Shown here: piece after piece, positions 57,030-64,000 of the stretch
Layout of the letters: each line of letters opens with the position of its first letter
How positions within the stretch are numbered: position 1 is the stretch's first letter
Assembly (NCBI GenBank): GCA_934772525.1
Contig: CAKVMI010000002.1
Location: 6,309 to 70,308, forward strand
Direction of reading: 5' to 3'
DNA from: an uncultured Clostridia bacterium
GTDB lineage: Bacteria; Bacillota; Clostridia; Christensenellales; UBA1242
Length of the DNA: 64,000 nucleotides
The notes under the pieces: generated by a model
What the model was told of the DNA's origin: nothing
The model's input: the letters and a program-made list of their open reading frames with translations, nothing else
The model's database searches: none
Position numbers and translations under genes: made by a program

Positions 57030-58088
57030 ATGAAAACTTATTTTGAACAACGTACAGCCAACACATTATTAAAATTAAGGCAAGTTATGTCAGAATTGCC
57101 AGATTTTGCATACAAGTATTTTGTAGGAATTGAGCAAACCACTTCCCCACTAACAAGACTAAATTATGCCTACGACATAAGAATATTTTTAGGTTACCTT
57201 GTGACAAAAACAAAAGTTTTTGGTGATAAAAAATTAAAGGAACTTGAAGTATCCGATTTAAACAATGTAACCGCGGATGATATAGAATTATTCTTAAGTT
57301 TTTTGACGCATTATGAAGTCGACAATAAAGAATTTAATAATAGCGACCTAGGAAAAGCCCGTAAGCTATCCTCAATTAAATCATTCTTTAGTTATTTTTA
57401 CAACAAAGGATACATAAATGAGAATGTAACTCAAAAAGTAAAAACTCCAAAAATTCACGACAAGCCAATTATACGACTTGAAACTGATGAAATTTCTAAA
57501 TTGATTACCATTGCGGAGAGCGGTAAATGTCTATCTGACCACGAACAAGCTTACCATGACAAAACAAAAGAGCGTGACGTTGCAATAATTACGCTTATGT
57601 TAGGAACGGGCATTCGTGTGTCTGAGTGTGTTGGGCTTAATATGGACGATATAGATTTTGAAACAAACGGCATTCGCATAACTCGTAAAGGTGGAAACCA
57701 AGAAATTGTATATTTTGGTGACGAAGTAAGAATTGCACTGCTTCAGTATCTTAGAATACGTTGTGAAAATAAAGAAGCTCGTAATGAAGATGCGTTGTTT
57801 TTATCATTACAAAATAGACGTATAACTGTACGCAGTGTGCAAAAATTAGTAAAAAAATATGCAAGCATCACTACCCCGCTTAAAAAAATTACGCCACATA
57901 AATTGCGTAGTACATTTGGTACCGAACTATATAGAGAAACAAAAGATATTTATATAGTAGCAGATGTTTTGGGGCATAAAGATGTAAACACGACAAAAAA
58001 ACACTATGCAGCAATGAGTGAAGATATTAGGCGTAATGTAGCAAACGTTGTTAAACTTCGTGATGACGGGGATACTCATAACGAGTAA
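57030..58088 (+). CDS. Tyrosine site-specific recombinase, Xer family (XerS-like length and N-terminus)
   Basis: Catalytic region ..GTGIRVSEC.. (R), HKLRSTFGT (H-x-x-R), LGHKDVNTTKKHY (H..Y). 352 aa. N-terminal core-binding domain with LTRLNYAYDIRIFLGYL. Confidence 0.85.
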   Translation: MKTYFEQRTANTLLKLRQVMSELPDFAYKYFVGIEQTTSPLTRLNYAYDIRIFLGYLVTKTKVFGDKKLKELEVSDLNNVTADDIELFLSFLTHYEVDNKEFNNSDLGKARKLSSIKSFFSYFYNKGYINENVTQKVKTPKIHDKPIIRLETDEISKLITIAESGKCLSDHEQAYHDKTKERDVAIITLMLGTGIRVSECVGLNMDDIDFETNGIRITRKGGNQEIVYFGDEVRIALLQYLRIRCENKEARNEDALFLSLQNRRITVRSVQKLVKKYASITTPLKKITPHKLRSTFGTELYRETKDIYIVADVLGHKDVNTTKKHYAAMSEDIRRNVANVVKLRDDGDTHNE

Positions 58089-58245
58089 ACATACATTATT
58101 TAGTTCTGTTATTATAAAATTAGACCTGTATTTGAGTTTTTATTAAAGACGTTATAAAACTTAAAAATAATAATTTAATTTAAAAATTAATAGTTTTAAG
58201 CTTAAATTTAAACAAAATAAAGTTTAACGTGTTATTAACCAATTA

Positions 58246-58300
58246 AAAAAGACCTATTTTGAAGTAACTTCTGTGTGGCGCTTCAGTATTAGGTCTTTTA
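58246..58300. terminator. Bidirectional compound terminator between convergent genes
   Basis: Outer AAAGACCTA / TAGGTCTTT, inner TGAAG / CTTCA, flanked by A6 and T-run. Confidence 0.8.
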
Positions 58301-58303
58301 TTT

Positions 58304-58909
58304 TTAATCGTCATCTAATCCATACATTTTATATAATTCGTCCAGACTCGTCCCTGATTTATCAATCTTATCAATTTTTATTTCAGCATATCCATCTTTA
58401 TCGGTATTGATAGAATCTAAACACATTCCGCAGTTATCACAAATTTTATTTGGGTCAAGTTCGCAAGTAAAATCGGTTTCATCGTCAAACTCAAATTCTT
58501 TATATTTAGACAACTTTTGTTTCAACTTCTCTTCACGTACCCTATTATATTCTTCTTCATTTGTATAGGAGTTATCTTCGCTTGTGTGGTCGTCGGCTCC
58601 ACACATGCAACTTTCATTATGATTATGGGTATGACAGCAATCGTCTTTTGTGTCTTCATCCCCGTTATCCGCACATTCTCCACAATTTTCATTTTCGCAA
58701 TCGCAATGTGCAGTTTTATGATTAAAATAATTTGAATAAAAATTATCAACGGTTGAAGTACCATTATTAGAACTTACTACGTTCTCACAAATTTCTTGAC
58801 TATCGTCATCTTCGGCTTTGTCACTTTCTTCATCTACAATATCATCATCTATTATCTCATCGTTAAAAACTATGTTATAATCTAATTCATTATCATCTTG
58901 TTTTTTCAT
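58304..58909 (-). CDS. Highly acidic Cys/His-rich protein, unknown function
   Basis: SD GGGGAGA. 201 aa. Clusters HCDCENENCGEC, CCHTHNHNESCMC, CDNCGMC in an Asp/Glu-rich background. Confidence 0.6.
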   Translation of the reverse strand: MKKQDDNELDYNIVFNDEIIDDDIVDEESDKAEDDDSQEICENVVSSNNGTSTVDNFYSNYFNHKTAHCDCENENCGECADNGDEDTKDDCCHTHNHNESCMCGADDHTSEDNSYTNEEEYNRVREEKLKQKLSKYKEFEFDDETDFTCELDPNKICDNCGMCLDSINTDKDGYAEIKIDKIDKSGTSLDELYKMYGLDDD

Positions 58910-58980
58910 AATATATCTCCCCTAAAATCTAACCTATTATACTACAAATTTGGTGCATTTTCAATAAAAAATACGAATCC

Positions 58981-58992
58981 AAACATTTGTTT
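58981..58992. promoter_or_regulatory. Degenerate SOS (Cheo-type) box
   Basis: AAACATTTGTTT versus GAAC-N4-GTTC (9/12). Abuts the -35 of the lexA promoter. Confidence 0.4.
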
Positions 58993-59020
58993 TGCAATTT
59001 TTTAAGATTTGTGCTATAAT
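58992..59020 (+). promoter_or_regulatory. lexA promoter
   Basis: TTGCAA-17 nt-TGcTATAAT. Confidence 0.6.
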
Positions 59021-59048
59021 AAATTCACTAATTTTGGAGAAAAAATCA

Positions 59049-59666
59049 ATGGCAAAGGCAACTATAGAAAAACTAAATAGCGTAATGAACTTCATCACAG
59101 AATATATAAATGAGCATAACTACCCACCTACCGTTCGTGAAATTTGTATTTCGGCGAAAGTAACTTCTTCTGCAACCGCCCAATATTACCTAGATAAACT
59201 TGAAGAAATGGGCAAAATTAAGCGTAGCACCGCAAGAAATAGAAGTATTGAACTTGTAGACAAAGAACCACTTAATAGAGTTGCGGTAAGCACCATCCCA
59301 CTTGTTGGAACTGTTGCATGTGGTAATCCGATTCTAGCAACTGAAAATATCCAAGATTGCCTAGCATTCTCCAAAAACATATTATCTGGAGATTCGGATG
59401 AACTTTTTGCACTAAAAGTACAAGGCGACAGCATGATAAATATAGGGATATTAAATGGCGATATAGTAATTGTAAAGAAACAAAACACCGCACAAAACGG
59501 CGAAATTGTAGTTGCTTTAATTGATGAAGGTGCAACAGTAAAACGCTTTTTTAAAGAGTCTAATAGCATACGCTTACAACCAGAAAACGACTATATGGAA
59601 CCAATAATTGTGCCAAATTGCGAAATTTTAGGCATCGTAAAAGGATTATTTAGAAATTTTAAGTAA
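59049..59666 (+). CDS. lexA: LexA repressor
   Basis: Start moved to ATG 59049 (GGAGA upstream). wHTH PPTVREI; cleavage site VACG; GDSM Ser and VKR Lys of the S24 peptidase. Confidence 0.93.
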   Translation: MAKATIEKLNSVMNFITEYINEHNYPPTVREICISAKVTSSATAQYYLDKLEEMGKIKRSTARNRSIELVDKEPLNRVAVSTIPLVGTVACGNPILATENIQDCLAFSKNILSGDSDELFALKVQGDSMINIGILNGDIVIVKKQNTAQNGEIVVALIDEGATVKRFFKESNSIRLQPENDYMEPIIVPNCEILGIVKGLFRNFK

Positions 59667-59690
59667 CCTGCTCTATTAAAAATCTAAAAA

Positions 59691-59746
59691 TTCAGATAAT
59701 TTTAAGTAAGTTTAATTTAATGATTTCCTTATTATCTGGATTTTTC
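59691..59746 (+). terminator. Possible terminator after lexA (long loop)
   Basis: TTCAGATAAT / ATTATCTGGA stem, 30-nt loop, then T5. Confidence 0.4.
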
Positions 59747-59843
59747 TTTTAAGATGAATAAAAAATGTATCTAATTTAACTTTTATAAAACTTCAAAACG
59801 ACTAAAATATTATTGTAATATAGCCCCTGACTGGCTCATATAC

Positions 59844-59872
59844 TTGACAAAATGGGAAAAAAGTAGTATAAT
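59844..59872 (+). promoter_or_regulatory. Consensus promoter of the DUF21-CBS gene
   Basis: TTGACA-17 nt-TATAAT. Confidence 0.65.
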
Positions 59873-59935
59873 TTTTAGAACAATATTCATTTGAGCATTT
59901 TGCCCAAATCACAATGAATAAAGTTTAGGAGTAAA

Positions 59936-61381
59936 ATGGTTGTCCCGAGTTTTAAACTCTTAGGAGAAATCTTAACTGGTAAATCGTTTGCCAATACCGA
60001 TGTTTTATTAATAATTGGCATTATCCTTTTAATATGTTGTTCAGCTTTCTTTTCTGCGAGCGAAACAGCATACAGTTCTAGCAATACGCTAAGACTTAAA
60101 ACATTAGCAGAAGAAAAGCAAAAAGGTGCAAGAAAAGCAATCTATATAACCGAAAATTTTGAAAAAACGCTTTCATTACTACTTACATTTAATAACTTAG
60201 TAAATATTGCGTGTACCTCTATTGCAAGTTATATGTTTGTAAAATTTATTGCAAATCCTACAATATCTAATATTTTAAACACCGTTATTCTAACAATTAT
60301 TATTCTTATCTTTGGTGAAATATTACCAAAGTCAAGCGCAAAAGTTGACCCAGAAAAAACGGCTTTAAAATTTTCAGGCGCAGTTTATTTTCTATTAAAA
60401 TATGCAGTTGTTTTATATTACCCATTCTATGCATTGCAAAAAAGAGCAACTAGAAAAAAGGTAAAATCTACAGCTCCAACTGTTACTGAAAACGAATTAG
60501 AAAGCATTATTGACACTATGGAAGAAGAAGGTGTAATAGACCATGACAATAAAGAAATTTTACAAGGTGCTATTAACCTATCCGAACTTTCAGCGTACGA
60601 TGTAATGACTCATCGTAAGGATGTTGTATTTGTAGAACTTGACCAAACTTTGGAAGAAGCCGAAAAATTATTCTTAGAAACACAATATTCAAGACTTCCA
60701 GTGTATAGCGAAACTATTGATAATATTGTTGGTGTAATTAACCAAAAGGATGTGTTTAGCACTATCCTATCCAACAAGCCTAAAACTACTATTAAAAACC
60801 TTATGAAGCCTTGTCACTTTGTTTCGGAAGTTATGAAACTTGATGACCTTATTAGAGAATTACAATCTGAAAAGAAACATATGGCAATTGTAGTAGATGA
60901 ACAAGGCGGTACAAGCGGATTAGTTACACTAGAAGACTGTATAGAAAGTATGTTTGGTGAAATTTATGATGAACACGATGAAGTCGAAACCGAAGAAAAA
61001 ATTGTTAAGCAAGAAGACGGCAGTTATATTATAGACGCCGACACCGAACTAACTGAACTTTTCGAAAAACTTGAAATCGAACATATTCCAGAATCTAATT
61101 ATTCTACCGTTGGTGGTCTAATATTCGAAAAAGCCGAAGAACTTTGTGATGTTAATGATGTAATAAAGATAGATACTATAGATGAACAAATTGATGAACA
61201 TGGTAATTACATCACAAAGCCAATTACATTAGTTTTTACAATTTTGGAAACTGAAAGCAATAAGATTGTGAAAGCAAAACTAGAAATTATTGAGCATAAT
61301 ATAACCGATAACGATGATGATACGACGACTAGCGAAGAAACAAAAATAAGCAATACCGAAGACACCGACCATAATGATTAA
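59936..61381 (+). CDS. DUF21-CBS pair-CorC/HlyC family membrane protein (putative divalent cation efflux, 'hemolysin'-annotated family)
   Basis: N-terminal 4-TM DUF21, CBS pair, CorC_HlyC C-terminal domain, acidic tail. Confidence 0.85.
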   Translation: MVVPSFKLLGEILTGKSFANTDVLLIIGIILLICCSAFFSASETAYSSSNTLRLKTLAEEKQKGARKAIYITENFEKTLSLLLTFNNLVNIACTSIASYMFVKFIANPTISNILNTVILTIIILIFGEILPKSSAKVDPEKTALKFSGAVYFLLKYAVVLYYPFYALQKRATRKKVKSTAPTVTENELESIIDTMEEEGVIDHDNKEILQGAINLSELSAYDVMTHRKDVVFVELDQTLEEAEKLFLETQYSRLPVYSETIDNIVGVINQKDVFSTILSNKPKTTIKNLMKPCHFVSEVMKLDDLIRELQSEKKHMAIVVDEQGGTSGLVTLEDCIESMFGEIYDEHDEVETEEKIVKQEDGSYIIDADTELTELFEKLEIEHIPESNYSTVGGLIFEKAEELCDVNDVIKIDTIDEQIDEHGNYITKPITLVFTILETESNKIVKAKLEIIEHNITDNDDDTTTSEETKISNTEDTDHND

Positions 61382-61384
61382 TTA

Positions 61385-61420
61385 AAAAATAGAAAGTATA
61401 AAATATACTTTCTATTTTTT
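61385..61420 (+). terminator. Rho-independent terminator
   Basis: TAGAAAGTATA / TATACTTTCTA stem followed by T6. Confidence 0.85.
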
Positions 61421-61540
61421 AACTTACAATATTTCTATTTTTCTTGCAATATAGAGATAACTTACTTATGATTAATAATTTCGCAAAAGCGTACAAATAA
61501 CTAGCACTATCTATCAATTAATTAGCCTACAACCTTAATT

Positions 61541-61573
61541 AAAAAGACTTCCTAAATTCTAGGAAGTCTTTCA
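61541..61573 (-). terminator. Terminator of the alpha-oxoamine synthase gene
   Basis: AAGACTTCCTA / TAGGAAGTCTT stem flanked by A5 (a U-run on minus). Confidence 0.8.
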
Positions 61574-61591
61574 TAATTATTAAATTGGAAT

Positions 61592-62782
61592 CTATCTATT
61601 TAATAAACCAAGTTCACTAAATACAGATTGAATAATATCTGCTGCTTCGTCCATTAACTCTTCGGTATGAGTTGCTGTATAACTTGTTCTTATTAAGCAT
61701 TCTCCCGGTGGAGTTGCTGGAGGCAATACTGGATTAACATAAACGCCTCTTTCAAATAACATTTTGCAAGCTTTTAATGTAACTTCTGGTTCGTATGTGT
61801 AAATTGGAATAATTGGAGTATTAGCCTCTTCCCTAATTTTAATTCCACGTTTTTTAAGTGCTTGACGCATATATTCGGTAATTTGCAACAAATGTTCTCT
61901 GCGTTCTGGTTCGGTCTTTATAATTTCCAACGCTTTACGAACCGCTGCAATACTTGCAGGTTGAATTGATGCACTAAATATAAATGGTCTAGAGTTATGA
62001 CGAATATAATCAATAATCTTTTTATCTCCTGCACAATATCCACCAAGACTTGCTAAACTCTTAGAAAATGTTCCAGCTATAATATCTACTTCATCTTCTA
62101 GATTAAAATATTCAGCAGTACCCCTACCATTCTTACCTAATATTCCAAGTGCATGAGCATCATCAATCATAATACGAGCGCCATACTTATGCTTAAATTC
62201 TACTAGTTTTGGTAGATTACAAATATCTCCACCCATACTAAATACACCATCGGTAACGATTAAAATACCCTTCTCCTTTGGTATATTTTTTAGTTTTTCT
62301 TCTAGGTCTTCCATATCTGCATGTTTAAATCTTACCATATCTGCGTAACTTAATCTAATTGCATCATAAATGCTTGCATGGTTTTCTTTATCACATACAA
62401 CAACATCACCTCTACCACAAAGTGCAGAAATAACACCAAGATTGGTTTGGAAACCAGTACTCATAGTAACGCAATCTTCTTTGTTTAGAAATTCCGCTAG
62501 TTCCTTTTCCATTTCTACGTGGCCAATTGTAGTACCATTTAAAAATCTACTACCACTACAGCCAGTACCATATTTTTCGGTAGCATCAATAGCCGCTTTA
62601 ATAACTCGTGGGTCACTAGTTAGTCCCAAATAGTTATTTGAGCCTATCATTATTTCTCTTTTACCTTCCATCTCGACAACTATATCTTGTTTGCTTTCTA
62701 ATGAATGAAAGTAAGGATAAATGCCAAGTTCTTTATATTTATCAGCCAATTCGAAATCGTAACATTTTTTAAATAAGTCCAT
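61592..62782 (-). CDS. PLP-dependent alpha-oxoamine synthase (BioF/Kbl/serine palmitoyltransferase family; subfamily unresolved)
   Basis: NNYLGL, GSRFLNGT, DDAH, GTFSKSLASLGG (PLP Lys), PPATPPGECLIRTSYTATHT. Confidence 0.85.
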   Translation of the reverse strand: MDLFKKCYDFELADKYKELGIYPYFHSLESKQDIVVEMEGKREIMIGSNNYLGLTSDPRVIKAAIDATEKYGTGCSGSRFLNGTTIGHVEMEKELAEFLNKEDCVTMSTGFQTNLGVISALCGRGDVVVCDKENHASIYDAIRLSYADMVRFKHADMEDLEEKLKNIPKEKGILIVTDGVFSMGGDICNLPKLVEFKHKYGARIMIDDAHALGILGKNGRGTAEYFNLEDEVDIIAGTFSKSLASLGGYCAGDKKIIDYIRHNSRPFIFSASIQPASIAAVRKALEIIKTEPERREHLLQITEYMRQALKKRGIKIREEANTPIIPIYTYEPEVTLKACKMLFERGVYVNPVLPPATPPGECLIRTSYTATHTEELMDEAADIIQSVFSELGLLNR

Positions 62783-63061
62783 TTTAGTTCTCCTTAAATT
62801 TATATGTTATATTTATTGTACCATATATTGCCCCTTTAAGACAAACAAATTGACATACTAATTTATAAAATTCACTTGTCGAAAGTTGTAATTTGTTACG
62901 ATTTTAACTTTTATTTCTCAAGTTTTTTAATTAAATTTACAAGTAAATAGATAAATATTTTACGCCTATCATAGAGACATTTAATACGTTCAAGCAAATA
63001 CTCTATCATTGTAAATCCCGCCAAAATCACCCCAAATTTAACGCAAATTATTGTTTTGCAA

Positions 63062-63117
63062 AAACAAAAAACTGCAAATATCAAGTTTCGTTTGATAATT
63101 TTGCAGTTCATTTTTTA
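63062..63117. terminator. Bidirectional terminator
   Basis: AACTGCAAA / TTTGCAGTT with inner TATCAA / TTGATA, flanked by an A-run and T6. Confidence 0.8.
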
Positions 63118-63309
63118 TATAAAAATATAAAATTTTAAGTTTATTTTTTAATCAATTTTTTAGTTTTAATTTAGTTTTAATTTAGTTCTCAGTATATTAG
63201 TAAATCTACCATTAAAGGTTACAAACTAATATAGCCAATGTAATTGATTTTTTTGTTTTATGAAAATTTATTAACATTATATTTAATTAAGTTTATATCA
63301 AAACGTAAA

Positions 63310-64000
63310 CTATTTTAATACTTTAATCATTTCATTTACAAAAATCTTTACATGTTCATAAGTTAGCCCGCCTTGAAAGTATGCAGTATATGGTGGTCTA
63401 ACTGGTCCATCCGCACTCATTTCTACGCTAGACCCTTGAACGAACCCACCAGAAGCCATTATAATTTTGTCGTCGTAGCCTGGCATGTCACTTGGGAAAG
63501 GAACCACAAAACTATCAACTGGAGAATTTTTTTGCACAACTTTAATAAAGTTAATCATTTTATCTTCGTTATTAAATACAATACGTCTAATCAAATCATT
63601 AGGTTTTGTTCCAGCCTTTGGAAAAGACTCTATCCCCAAATTTTTCAAAACTTGTCCTAAAAGTGTAGAACCTTTTAAAGCCCCCACTACTACAACTGGA
63701 GCAATAAATACACCTTGGAAATAATTTTGGTAACTAGTTGCGTAAGAACCGACTTCCATACCTAGCCCGACACCAAATAATCTGCCCGCAGTACGGTCTA
63801 CCAAATCTTTTCTTCCAACTATATAACCGCCACTAGGAGCAATTCCGCCACCTGCATTTTTCATCAAACTACCAACCACCATATCGGCACCAACTTCGGT
63901 TGGTTCTTGTTTTTCAGAAAATGTTCCATAACAATTATCTACAAAAACAATAACATTTGGAATAATATTCTTTACAAAAGAAATTGCTTCTTTTAATTCG
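63310..64000 (-). CDS. YnbB / 'aluminium resistance' family PLP enzyme (Cys/Met-metabolism fold); 5' end beyond the window
   Basis: The frame continues past Met 63882 to the window edge (..VDNCYGTFSEKQEPTEVGADMVVGSLMKNAGGG..), typical of this family. Confidence 0.75.
   Translation of the reverse strand, partial: ELKEAISFVKNIIPNVIVFVDNCYGTFSEKQEPTEVGADMVVGSLMKNAGGGIAPSGGYIVGRKDLVDRTAGRLFGVGLGMEVGSYATSYQNYFQGVFIAPVVVVGALKGSTLLGQVLKNLGIESFPKAGTKPNDLIRRIVFNNEDKMINFIKVVQKNSPVDSFVVPFPSDMPGYDDKIIMASGGFVQGSSVEMSADGPVRPPYTAYFQGGLTYEHVKIFVNEMIKVLK

Noticed and set aside
62911-63111. 66-aa minus-strand ORF in the 0.5-kb gap between the AOS and ynbB-like genes
   Set aside because: It has no SD, its start lies within the terminator hairpin, and its hydrophobic composition is that expected from AT-rich DNA.
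63150-63185. Short tandem AGTTTTAATTT repeats (about 3 copies)
   Set aside because: Very short, AT-only and consistent with slippage in AT-rich spacer. No functional inference is possible.

Overview
This is a low-GC chromosomal segment, AT-rich by eye. It probably comes from a Gram-positive, spore-forming Firmicute of Clostridia-like type. The signs are strong AGGAG-type Shine-Dalgarno sites, TTGACA-17-TATAAT promoters, a CIRCE/HrcA heat-shock operon, tRNAs with encoded CCA, and sporulation-associated genes (spmA/spmB, ytfJ/gerW, DUF2953, two DacB-type carboxypeptidases, a SpoIIM-like protein). I call about 58 protein genes and 15 tRNAs in four loci. Nearly all genes are on the + strand until about 55 kb.

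The core content runs as follows:
- pnuC-like, helD, rarA, lepA, hemW, hrcA-grpE-dnaK-dnaJ
- holB, PSP1/ricT, ferredoxin, yabB-like methyltransferase, tatD, rsmA
- M50-like protease, scpA, scpB, DUF2953, ytfJ, dac, then rluB on the opposite strand
- plsC, an ABC-F ATPase, rpsO-pnp, an Xer-type recombinase, lexA, a DUF21-CBS transporter, an alpha-oxoamine synthase and a ynbB-like gene

I saw no CRISPR array, IS element or transposase, prophage, rRNA or recognisable defence system.

The least ordinary parts are:
1. A 1.28-kb ORF-free, very AT-rich gap at 55.7-57.0 kb, beside the Xer-type recombinase. It contains a 10-bp-phased AATAC array, a dif-like/palindromic site and imperfect flanking inverted repeats.
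2. A ~150-nt noncoding element present twice, at 1.0 kb and 44.5 kb.
3. An accessory-looking stretch between tRNA loci (38.6-49.2 kb). It holds orphan HExxH proteins, a membrane-tethered PadR with a long N/S/Y-rich linker, and a triplet of ~90-aa helical proteins.
4. A pair of paralogous unknown genes with their own consensus promoter, wedged between lepA and hemW.

All functional calls rest on motif recognition by eye. No database search was run.
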